This document shows positions 8,100 to 16,623 of a stretch of DNA of 64,000 nt, in pieces (positions within the stretch are counted from its first letter, which is position 1; each line of letters opens with the position of its first letter). A model generated the notes under the pieces. That model did not search any database. It was not told where the DNA came from and worked only from the letters and a program-made list of their open reading frames with translations. A program made the translations under genes and the position numbers. Origin of the DNA: an uncultured Acidobacteriota bacterium (lineage in GTDB: Bacteria; Acidobacteriota; UBA6911); the NCBI GenBank assembly GCA_964586015.1, contig CAZPHK010000003.1, positions 358 through 64,357 on the forward strand. Reading direction: 5' to 3'.

Positions 8100-9083
8100 T
8101 CACCGCCGGAAGCAATGATCGCGGTGCCAGGACAGCGCCGCGGGATCGGGACGGCAGATCGGATTCGATGGTGCAACAATTCCTTCACCGTCGTACTCTT
8201 CGAGGTCGAACTTCTGCCTTTCGGCGCGGTGAACCGCGGGGCTGACCAAAGCTTCACTGGCATCCGAAATTGTGAACAGGCCGGCGTCGAAGGCCCAGTG
8301 GTGGCGCTTGCACAAGGAAATCGCGTTGCGAATGTCATCGGGTCCCCGGTCTGCCACAGGGATGATATGGGCTGCTTCCGCTTCGCTGAGCAGTGTATCC
8401 TGTTCCCTTAAAACGAACATGGAGCGGCACAGGCAGCAAATGCGGCCGTACTCCGCCGACACCAGAAGCTTGAATGCCCGGTCACGGGCTTCACGGCTGG
8501 AGATGTAGCGGCTTCTTTCCTCCGCGATCGTCATGGGGAGGATTAATCCGCTTCTCAGATAGGTCTCTTCAATTTGCTCGGGAGTCCCAACCCCGGCAAA
8601 GGGCTCTATTACCGCAGGCGTGCTTCCCGTGACGCGAAAACGGCGGCTCCCTGCATCAAATGAAGTAAGCAGGGCCGGTCCCAGTATGCGGTAGCGGGCG
8701 CCCTCCGGATGTCCCGATCCCCTGGAGGTCACGATGACCAGGAGGGGCTGTTTGTCCTCCATGCATGCGAACAGAGATCTGTTTACCGCTGAATCCAGCG
8801 CCCCTGATTTGGCTGCATATTCCATCAGCCAGCCGCCATCAGGGGACTGACTGAACTCATCGGAATATATTTCGGCATCGGCACCGACCGCGGACCTGCT
8901 CCAGACGGCAAATGCATACCGGCTGTCTTTGGGTTTGAAGATGCCTTCAATCAGCGGGTGAATCTGCGAAATCCCGGCTGAAGGAGCGTGACGATCCGTA
9001 TGGCGCAGAAAATCAGAGGTGACGTCAAGACCGGTATATTTCGATAAGGCAAATATTGCGCGCAGACGCTGTTCAGGCGTCAT
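8100..9083 (-). CDS. HNH (HNH_2-type) nuclease with an N-terminal putative modified-DNA-reading domain; possibly the 3' part of a TAG-interrupted gene
   Basis: 327 aa. C-terminal AAHIIPVADRGPDDIRNAISLCKRHHWAFDAGLF is an HNH motif. An in-frame 41-codon ORF (9093-9215) lies directly upstream, separated only by a TAG. Confidence 0.75.
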   Translation of the reverse strand: MTPEQRLRAIFALSKYTGLDVTSDFLRHTDRHAPSAGISQIHPLIEGIFKPKDSRYAFAVWSRSAVGADAEIYSDEFSQSPDGGWLMEYAAKSGALDSAVNRSLFACMEDKQPLLVIVTSRGSGHPEGARYRILGPALLTSFDAGSRRFRVTGSTPAVIEPFAGVGTPEQIEETYLRSGLILPMTIAEERSRYISSREARDRAFKLLVSAEYGRICCLCRSMFVLREQDTLLSEAEAAHIIPVADRGPDDIRNAISLCKRHHWAFDAGLFTISDASEALVSPAVHRAERQKFDLEEYDGEGIVAPSNPICRPDPAALSWHRDHCFRR

Positions 9084-9237
9084 GATTCTCTATCCCCGGA
9101 AATTGGTATCGGCATGCCAATCCAGCAGCTCCTTATTGGGTCTTTTGACCGGATCTTCAGAAGCAGGGAAATCAATCCATCCCCTGTCCGTGATGCCGAC
9201 ATAGGTTTTCAGCATTGGCTAATCCCACAAATTCTTC

Positions 9238-9842
9238 GACTGGTTATAGTTCAAGATATATGAAGTGTAAAATTCTCAATGCGGGATAATTTTAGAACAC
9301 TTCCATGCAGGAGAATAAAACTTTCTTCAATGGCCTCTGTAAGGAACTAAAGACAAAAGGGAAATTTCGGGCGTTTCATTAATATTTTGTTTATTGTGTA
9401 ATAATGGAACATCGATTATTTGAGAAATCCTTTCGAGCTTTTCAATAAGGCGGGATGATATGACCGATTGCCCTTTCTGCACGCGAATCAACCGTTCGGA
9501 CATCATCGCCGGCAATGAACTTGCCGCTGCATTTTACGACGGCTTCCCGGTGAGCCCGGGTCACACGCTGATTGTACCGCGCAGGCACGTGGCCGATTTT
9601 TTCGCCCTGACCGGCGAGGAGCAGGCGGCGATGTGGACGCTGGTCGCTGCCGTGCGGCGGATCCTCCAAGAAAAGCACGCGATCGACGGGTTCAATATCG
9701 GCATCAATATCGGCGAGGCGGGCGGCCAGACGATCGCGCATGCCCACCTGCACGTCATCCCCCGATACGCGGGCGACGTCCCCGATCCGCGCGGCGGCAT
9801 CCGATGCGTGATTGCAGCGAAAGCACGCTACTGGAAGGAGCC
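9238..9842 (+). repeat. Copy 2 of the perfect 605-bp direct repeat (leader + HIT gene)
   Basis: Identical to 4487-5091. Confidence 0.95.
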
Positions 9843-9846
9843 ATGA
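9460..9846 (+). CDS. HIT family nucleotide hydrolase/transferase, copy 2
   Basis: Protein identical to copy 1. The only difference is the last codon, CCA versus CCC, both Pro. Confidence 0.9.
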   Translation: MTDCPFCTRINRSDIIAGNELAAAFYDGFPVSPGHTLIVPRRHVADFFALTGEEQAAMWTLVAAVRRILQEKHAIDGFNIGINIGEAGGQTIAHAHLHVIPRYAGDVPDPRGGIRCVIAAKARYWKEP

Positions 9847-10943
9847 CCGTTTCAACCGGCACGGACGCGACTATTCGTTTCGCGGAAAAAATACTGGAGC
9901 TGCTCGAGGAAGGCAGATTCAGCACCACGTACAAACTTGCAGTGCTGCTGGCGCTGATGGATCTCTGTTTTGAAAAGAACGCCGCCGCCGGAATGGCGCC
10001 CGAAAGCGTGACCACGCGCCAGCTCGCGGAGAAGATCATCGAAATCTACTGGCCGCATACGGTCGACTATCATTCCACGGCAGCGGTACTGAAACAAAGT
10101 AGGGGAAAACAGGCGCAGATCCCGGCCGCGATCCTGCGGTTTCGGCGCGATCAGGCGCGCATTGCGACAGCGTCTCTGCACCGGGCAAAGGGTGCCAATC
10201 CTTTGGAATATGAGCGTCTGGTGCGATCTGTGGAATGGACCCTGGTCGAAATGCCGCTCCCGAGACTGCAAACGGTCGGCTTGAGTCGCGATCCCTTCAT
10301 TTATGAAATCAACTGGGACGAAACGGTGCGCCGGAGAGATCTGTACCATGACTTTGACAACCTCATCCGCTTCAAACCGGGCGCCGGGGATTGTTTAATT
10401 CAGCTCAACAGCCTGCTGCGCCCGCTTGTCCACAAGAAGTGGGCATCGATGGTCTCCCATATCAATAAGCTGCCGGAAAATCAGCTGGAGGATTTCCTGT
10501 TCGGGATCGACCGTTTATCCAGCGCGAGGATCCGGGAAAGCCTCTGGGAAATTCAGGGGAAGGACTGCTTTTACTGCGGGGAGCGCATTCCCGAACCGCG
10601 TCGTGGAGATGTGGATCACTTTATCCCCTGGTCGCGCTATCCCGATAACGGTCTGGAAAATCTGGTAGTGGCGCACAGGCGCTGCAACAGCGACAAGCGA
10701 GACTTTCTAGCCGCCACCGGGCATGTGGAACGATGGGGAGGACGGTTCTCTTCGGATCGGACCGGATCGACGGACCTGGCGGTGCTCGCCGAATCCGCAG
10801 GATGGGAGAGGGATCCCGTCAAAACCCGGGGCGCTGCGAGGGCACTCTATCTCCGCTTGCACGCCGATGCCCGGCTCTGGAGCGAAGGCAAGAGCTTTGT
10901 AACTCCCGACTTTCCCCGGCTGCATGCGGCACTGTGCGATTGA
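9843..10943 (+). CDS. HNH endonuclease with a large N-terminal domain of unknown function
   Basis: ATG 9843 overlaps the HIT stop (ATGA). C-terminal CFYCG...DVDHFIPWSRYPDNGLENLVVAHRRCNSDK is an HNH motif. The track ORF from 9633 is an out-of-frame overlap with the HIT gene. Confidence 0.8.
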   Translation: MTVSTGTDATIRFAEKILELLEEGRFSTTYKLAVLLALMDLCFEKNAAAGMAPESVTTRQLAEKIIEIYWPHTVDYHSTAAVLKQSRGKQAQIPAAILRFRRDQARIATASLHRAKGANPLEYERLVRSVEWTLVEMPLPRLQTVGLSRDPFIYEINWDETVRRRDLYHDFDNLIRFKPGAGDCLIQLNSLLRPLVHKKWASMVSHINKLPENQLEDFLFGIDRLSSARIRESLWEIQGKDCFYCGERIPEPRRGDVDHFIPWSRYPDNGLENLVVAHRRCNSDKRDFLAATGHVERWGGRFSSDRTGSTDLAVLAESAGWERDPVKTRGAARALYLRLHADARLWSEGKSFVTPDFPRLHAALCD

Positions 10944-11204
10944 AGGATATCCGTGTTCCTTCTTCGTACCGTGGTTCCGGGCCCGTCGGCTCCGGCGTAT
11001 TGATATTCTCAGAGTATAAAAGGGCGAATGGCGTCTTTGGGCCGAAGCTCGCAAACCTCCCGCTGTGAATTAGGATTCCCGGCCGGCCAATTCGTTAAAA
11101 CGTTGCGTTCGAATGCAACGCTTTCGGGGACGCAGAAGTGTTTTACGCCGTCAGCTGCCGGTGAACAGCCGGCGCGGCTGCAATTCATTCCAAAGGAGAA
11201 CTCC

Positions 11205-11987
11205 ATGCGCTATGAAGAATTTCGGGATCACCTGCAAATCGCTCTTCGGGATGCGGGGATTCTGCGGCAGAGTTATGTCACCACGAACGAGTCCATAGAC
11301 CTTAAAACCACGACACGTCACCTGGAAATCTACATTTCGGGACCATCGAATCCCGATACGGAACCGTTTTACGTGTCGGCGAAGATAGCGTTCGACTGGA
11401 ACCCCTTCGACTCCGCCCGCTCGTATACCTGCGAGGAAGACCTGCTCACGGAGCTGCTCGGCCGCGGGAAAACTCCGTCAAGGATTCGACCCCGGCATAC
11501 TCGCGTCGATCTCGTGCTGCGAGCGAACCTCCCCTGGGGTTCAACAGCTGCTGTCCCTGAACCCCGGATATTTGGTACCTGGGCAGCCTCTTTGCGGCAG
11601 GAGCTCGATGAAGTGTTCACGGAAAGCAGCTGGCGCCGCGGGCAACTCGCAGCCATACTTGGATCCCTGGAAGAAATCCACATCGATTCAAAGCCCGATT
11701 CCACCGGTCGTCTTTCGATCGAGGGCTTATCTATTAAAGGATTCCGCATGGTTCGCGTCCCGAGGATTTGGGACGACCCGGACCGGCGCGAAAAGGAAAA
11801 GGGCGCGGGAACGGAACTCGCCCGGCTCGCCAGAAAGTTCCGGTACTCGATGGAAGAATGGAATACGGCCATAATCGAACTTTCCAGATGGATACGATAT
11901 GCACCCCCCCCTGATGATGCGAAGCGGACAGCGCCTCCACCGAAGAGAAAGTCTCATGACGATGGCGGTCCGGAAACGATTCACTGA
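11205..11987 (+). CDS. Hypothetical protein
   Basis: ATG 11205 follows AAGGAG (11192-11197). 260 aa with no recognisable motif. Confidence 0.5.
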   Translation: MRYEEFRDHLQIALRDAGILRQSYVTTNESIDLKTTTRHLEIYISGPSNPDTEPFYVSAKIAFDWNPFDSARSYTCEEDLLTELLGRGKTPSRIRPRHTRVDLVLRANLPWGSTAAVPEPRIFGTWAASLRQELDEVFTESSWRRGQLAAILGSLEEIHIDSKPDSTGRLSIEGLSIKGFRMVRVPRIWDDPDRREKEKGAGTELARLARKFRYSMEEWNTAIIELSRWIRYAPPPDDAKRTAPPPKRKSHDDGGPETIH

Positions 11988-12163
11988 CGGAGACGGCTCT
12001 CTACGATTCAAGCCGCCGCCGTCAGACTGTTGCTGCAGGTAATAATTCATGATAAATGGTTGTATTTTGTAAGGATGAGGCTTGAGTTTATGGATGTATA
12101 ATCAGGCTTCTGCTGAAAGAGCCGGGAAAGGTCGAACGATTAAACGACAGGGAGTAAGAAATC

Positions 12164-13333
12164 ATGCATCGCTTTATCAAGAACAGATCCGCCATTGCGG
12201 TTTCCGTCGCGGCGGTTATGGCGCTGGCGACAGCCGCGGGAATATCCGCCTATAAGACGCACCAGGAAAAGGACTCCGGCCTTTTTTTCAAAACCTATCC
12301 GGATCTGGCCGGAACCGGGATGGACGGATGCGACGCGTGCCACGGCCGAATTTCCGGCCTCCCCCCGGGAGCCGCCGAAGGGAAAGCGGTGATTCTGAGC
12401 AGCTGCGATTCCTGCCACCGTATCACGGACTACGGCCGCAAGGCGGGAAACACGCTGAACGCTTACGGCCGCCGCTATCTGAATGCGGGAAGGGATGCGG
12501 CAGCCTTCGCGGCCATCGCGGCCCTTGATTCGGACGGCGACGGCTTCCGGAATGACGTCGAGCTCCAAGCCGGGACAAATCCCGGCGATCCGCAGAGCGC
12601 GCCCGATAAAAAGCCGGCGCCGTACGTCGAGGTGGCTTTGAGCGAACTGATTCAAAAGGGCGTTCCGGCGTACGATCAGGCAATCTTCGTAAATGTGACG
12701 AAATCAAAGGGTGGGGACAGCTATTCCGATCTGCGCGGATTCAAACTCATCGACGTGCTCGAGGCCGCGGGGTTGACGGAAGAGGCGACCAGCATCGATG
12801 TCATCAGCGTGGACGGGTACATGACGACCTTTTCCATCGAGCAGCTGCGCCGGTCCTACCCGCAGACGGCGCCGGTTATGGGACTGGACAAAGCAACCCT
12901 GGGAGAATGCGGCTGGGTCCGATACGACGCCGGGAACCTGAAGGAGGGAATCCCCCTCCCCGACGCCGACATTCTTCTGGCCTATGAAGAAAACGGAGAA
13001 CCGTACCCGCCCGCTTCCGTAAACGGCGAGGGGCGCCTGACGGGAAGCGGCCCGTTCCGCGTCGTCGCCCCTCAAATGAAAAATCCGGGGATCCCGGACC
13101 TTTCAAGCCGGGCATCGGACGACTGCGTGAAAAAACTGCCGGAAAAATTCCACTACAACAAAAATTACGAAAAGAACTCCGACTACTGCGTCAAAGCGGT
13201 CGTGGCGATCAGGGTGAATCCGATGCCGGCCGGCACGATGGACATTGACTGGCCGCGATATACGGCCAAAGCGATTGCGGAGAAAAGCGTTGTAATTTTC
13301 GGCGCGCTGAAATCGAAGCGGCCCGGGACATAG
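12164..13333 (+). CDS. Secreted di-haem c-type protein with a C-terminal molybdopterin-oxidoreductase-like (SUOX/YedY-fold) domain
   Basis: Signal peptide, two CXXCH motifs (CDACH, CDSCH), a DSDGDGFRND Ca-binding-like motif, and LLAYEENGEPYPP...GPFRVVAP resembling the Oxidored_molyb fold. Confidence 0.65.
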   Translation: MHRFIKNRSAIAVSVAAVMALATAAGISAYKTHQEKDSGLFFKTYPDLAGTGMDGCDACHGRISGLPPGAAEGKAVILSSCDSCHRITDYGRKAGNTLNAYGRRYLNAGRDAAAFAAIAALDSDGDGFRNDVELQAGTNPGDPQSAPDKKPAPYVEVALSELIQKGVPAYDQAIFVNVTKSKGGDSYSDLRGFKLIDVLEAAGLTEEATSIDVISVDGYMTTFSIEQLRRSYPQTAPVMGLDKATLGECGWVRYDAGNLKEGIPLPDADILLAYEENGEPYPPASVNGEGRLTGSGPFRVVAPQMKNPGIPDLSSRASDDCVKKLPEKFHYNKNYEKNSDYCVKAVVAIRVNPMPAGTMDIDWPRYTAKAIAEKSVVIFGALKSKRPGT

Positions 13334-13438
13334 CCCTACTTTGACGATTCTGCGGTGAAATTGACGCGCCGCCTTCAAATGAAGGAGCGATTTACGGCCC
13401 GGCGCCCGCCCTGATACGGAAAGAAATCCCACACGGCA

Positions 13439-14935
13439 TCAAACTCCGGCTTCGTCTCGCCAGAGATGAAGCGCCCGGCCGGGTGCGGGATCATCCCGGT
13501 AAGTGTCGAAAACTTCGCACAGCATGTCCGCCAGATACGCCATGCTGCCGATCGTCCGGGTCCTCGTTTCGGCATCGATAAGCCGCTTTATCTCGAGAAA
13601 ACGAAGCCACGCCGGGATCAGCTCAAAAAGGGCGGCCGTGCGGTGATACAGCTGGTTCATCATTTCCAGCTGGCGGGCAAGATAGTGTTCCAGCCTCTCC
13701 GGGTCCGGAACCAGCAGGTGTTCGTAGCGCCGGTATTTCCGTTTGGGCTTTCGCCGCCGCTTTTTCTTCCGGCCCATGTCCCGCTCGACGGATTCCAGCA
13801 GGCTTCCCCTGTATTCCAGCCCGCCGTTATGCCGTTCCACCAGGAACCGGTATAGTTCCCTCCTTCCGAGTTCCCCCTTGGCACAGGGTACGCCCTCGAC
13901 CCGGCCCAGATAGCCCAGGAATTCCAGGGTCAAATGATAAAGATTCAGCTCGCCGTCCGAATGACTGTCCCCTTCCTCAATCGCGTCTTCTTCATCTTCT
14001 TCATCCATGCCGTTCCGGGGGGGCGGAAGCTTGAAATCGTTCATCGTCCACTGCCTCCCGGTTCCGCCAGCGAGATTCGCGAGATTAGCGGCTATCTCCT
14101 TCTCATCCGTTTCCCCGTAAAACCTTAGCTGTTCCAGCAGCCCGGCATCCGGCCCGACCGTCCCGGGCGTCCGCTCCGCAAAGTTCAGGATTTCATAGAA
14201 CATGGCACGGATGCGGAAATCATCCACGCCCCATGGGACGATATTGTCCGAAGACTCCACATGCGGCCAGGCAATGCGCATGGAATCGACGAGAGCCTGC
14301 AACTGGCCGTGATATGCGGACATTTCTTCAGTCCGGTTGAAAAGGTCGATATCGCGGCCAGCCAGAAGGGCCTGCTCCTTGAGGAGATCCGGGAGATTCC
14401 CGTACCGGGCATCGGCCAGTGCATTTTCAATCCGCCATTTCACTAAAAAGGGCGCTTCCGCCGCATAGGTTTCGGGCAGGCGCAGGCGCAGATTTTCGAC
14501 CATCGCATCAAAGCGGTTTCGCTCTCCATGTTCGACGGTTTCGTCGAAGAGATCCTGCAGCATCTCATACGCCATGTCCCCGTCCATTAGCTCCGGATCG
14601 TCCAATGTCCGGCTGAAAATGCCGAACTTGTCCTCGTAATCGGCGGCCTCAAACTCCTCCAAAAGCTCCTCGAAGACTTCCAGCTGAGGTCCCTCTTCCC
14701 AATCCTCCGATTCAAGATCCTGATCGTCATCTTCCAGGGACGATTCCCAATCCTCTGCATCAGCTTCAAAATCCACGTCATCTTCCAGGGACGATTCCCA
14801 GTCCTCTGCATCGGCTTCAAGCTCGGCTATTTGGGCTTTCCTTATTTCTTCGTCTTTGGCAAGGCAGCATTTTTTATATTTCTTTCCGCTGCCGCAATGA
14901 CAGGGTTCGTTGCGCCCCGGCATCTTCCGATTCAT
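13439..14935 (-). CDS. SEC-C motif protein with an acidic tandem repeat
   Basis: PCHCGSGKKYKKCC near the N-terminus. The start at 14935 (MNRKMPGRNEPC) has an AAGGGA RBS and avoids overlap with the upstream gene. Confidence 0.7.
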   Translation of the reverse strand: MNRKMPGRNEPCHCGSGKKYKKCCLAKDEEIRKAQIAELEADAEDWESSLEDDVDFEADAEDWESSLEDDDQDLESEDWEEGPQLEVFEELLEEFEAADYEDKFGIFSRTLDDPELMDGDMAYEMLQDLFDETVEHGERNRFDAMVENLRLRLPETYAAEAPFLVKWRIENALADARYGNLPDLLKEQALLAGRDIDLFNRTEEMSAYHGQLQALVDSMRIAWPHVESSDNIVPWGVDDFRIRAMFYEILNFAERTPGTVGPDAGLLEQLRFYGETDEKEIAANLANLAGGTGRQWTMNDFKLPPPRNGMDEEDEEDAIEEGDSHSDGELNLYHLTLEFLGYLGRVEGVPCAKGELGRRELYRFLVERHNGGLEYRGSLLESVERDMGRKKKRRRKPKRKYRRYEHLLVPDPERLEHYLARQLEMMNQLYHRTAALFELIPAWLRFLEIKRLIDAETRTRTIGSMAYLADMLCEVFDTYRDDPAPGRALHLWRDEAGV

Positions 14936-14975
14936 ATTCCCTTTCTTCTGCAGGTCTGAGGGGATACGCTTTTTT

Positions 14976-15923
14976 TCATTTCGGGCTTTCAATAACCGGT
15001 ATTTCCCATAAAGGCTGGTGCTCTTCTTCACTCGTCAGGTAGAGCGTCTTTCCATCCGGACCGTAGCAGATGGATTCGCCCTGTTTGCGAGCCGGCGCTT
15101 TAATGATCCGGGGTTCTCGCGAGAATGCCCGGGCCCAGGTTTCGCCTTCCCCGCGGGAATATTCATACGCATCGCCGTATGTCAGGACGACGGCGCGATC
15201 ACCGTCCGGGGAGATATCCATCCCATTGGCATAGCTGACTTTGAGCCGGGCAATCGGTTTTGCGATATTCGGCTCTTTTGATTCTTTCGCCGGAAAGGGC
15301 ATGGAATAAACCGTACATTCTCCGACATCCTTGCTGACAAGATAGATCGTGGATTCGGCCGGGTCCACCGCCACTGCTTCACTATCAAGGGGCCCGTTTT
15401 CATACCGGAAGCGGATCTGAAAATCCGGTTCGACTTCAACGACCGGCGCTTCTTTCGCCGTGGAGTGGATGCCGATCGCGGGTTCCCTAATAATATACAG
15501 GACGTAGCTTTCGCGCTTTCTTGCATTGTCTCCTGTATCGGCGATCAGAACGTAATCCTCATTTCCGCGCCTGAACGATGCAATATCCTCCCAGTCGACG
15601 GCAGCCACCCCTCTGATATTGACCACGGCAAGGGTCCTGCCTTCCTTGTCGATCAGGAAAATGCGGGCGGAGTCCCCGGAATCATTGTGCGTCCAGAATG
15701 CATCTTTGTATCGAATGGACGCCGCGATGCCGCTGGATTCGTTTATGCGGGCATCCTCGAGCTGCGACAACTCCCTTGGCGGACCGTATTGCAGGGGCGG
15801 GACGGATTCGGCGCCTGTCCGCACCGAAACGGAACGCGCACAATTCGCCGACATCAGGCAGAGGGACAGCAGCACCGGGGCAAAAAAGACAGAAGCGGAA
15901 TTTATTTTTGATCGCATTCGCAT
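14976..15923 (-). CDS. Secreted beta-propeller-like protein of unknown function
   Basis: 315 aa with a signal peptide (VFFAPVLLSLCLMSANC). Recurrent SSG / DxGD / PDG strand motifs. Confidence 0.6.
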   Translation of the reverse strand: MRMRSKINSASVFFAPVLLSLCLMSANCARSVSVRTGAESVPPLQYGPPRELSQLEDARINESSGIAASIRYKDAFWTHNDSGDSARIFLIDKEGRTLAVVNIRGVAAVDWEDIASFRRGNEDYVLIADTGDNARKRESYVLYIIREPAIGIHSTAKEAPVVEVEPDFQIRFRYENGPLDSEAVAVDPAESTIYLVSKDVGECTVYSMPFPAKESKEPNIAKPIARLKVSYANGMDISPDGDRAVVLTYGDAYEYSRGEGETWARAFSREPRIIKAPARKQGESICYGPDGKTLYLTSEEEHQPLWEIPVIESPK

Positions 15924-16145
15924 CTCCGTATCTGAAAAAGGGCGCCCGAGCGGGAATTCAGTTTATACGCAACACACGGAAAAAATAAACAGAAAACAGG
16001 GACACCCGTTTTTCAATAAAAATGAGAAAGGGATCCCTGAACCGAATCCCTTTACAGCTGAAATTCAGTAGAGTATCCATTCTTTCCTCGCGACACTTTA
16101 ACGTCAAAACGCTATAATGTTTAAGTGTCCCAGGGAGATGGCGCT

Positions 16146-16379
16146 ATGGCGATGCAGGCGAAAAGATCAACCGTTTACCTGGAACCGGATCTTCATAAGG
16201 CTTTGAAACTGAAAGCTGTGGAAACCTCCCGATCCCTGTCCGACCTTGTAAATGAGGCGGTGCGGCAATCCCTTGCCGAAGATGCCGACGATTATGCCGC
16301 GTTTGAAGAGAGAGTATCGGAACCGCTGATTCCCTATAATGAAATGGTCAAACGGTTGAAGAAAGATGGCCGGCTATAA
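16146..16379 (+). CDS. CopG/RHH-type antitoxin
   Basis: STVYLEPDLHKALKLKAVETSRSLSDLVNEAVR is a ribbon-helix-helix. Overlaps the toxin gene by 14 nt. Confidence 0.75.
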   Translation: MAMQAKRSTVYLEPDLHKALKLKAVETSRSLSDLVNEAVRQSLAEDADDYAAFEERVSEPLIPYNEMVKRLKKDGRL

Positions 16380-16623
16380 AATCTTTTTCAAAAAATCCGT
16401 TGAAAAGGATCTTAAATCCGCACCGGCACGGGATCTCGAGAAAATTTTTGAGCGCATTTCAATGCTCGCCGAGAATCCCCGCCCTCCGGGCTGTGAACAA
16501 TTGACAGGCCGGGAAAGATATCGCATTCGCCAGGGTGCGTATCGCATTCTTTATACCATTCAGGACCACGAACTGACCGTCTGGATTATCAAAATCGCCC
16601 ATAGAAAAGACGCCTATCGCTGA
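16366..16623 (+). CDS. relE: RelE/ParE-family type II toxin
   Basis: 85 aa. RYRIRQGAYRILYTIQDHELTVWIIKIAHRKDAY matches the RelE/ParE C-terminal pattern. Confidence 0.8.
   Translation: MAGYKIFFKKSVEKDLKSAPARDLEKIFERISMLAENPRPPGCEQLTGRERYRIRQGAYRILYTIQDHELTVWIIKIAHRKDAYR

Noticed and set aside
9633-9842. N-terminal 70 codons of the 436-aa track ORF (and the equivalent 4882-5091 in copy 1)
   Set aside because: This stretch overlaps the HIT gene out of frame and reads as Arg/Pro-rich noise. The real downstream genes most likely start at or just before the HIT stop (9843 or 9804; 5092 or 5053).
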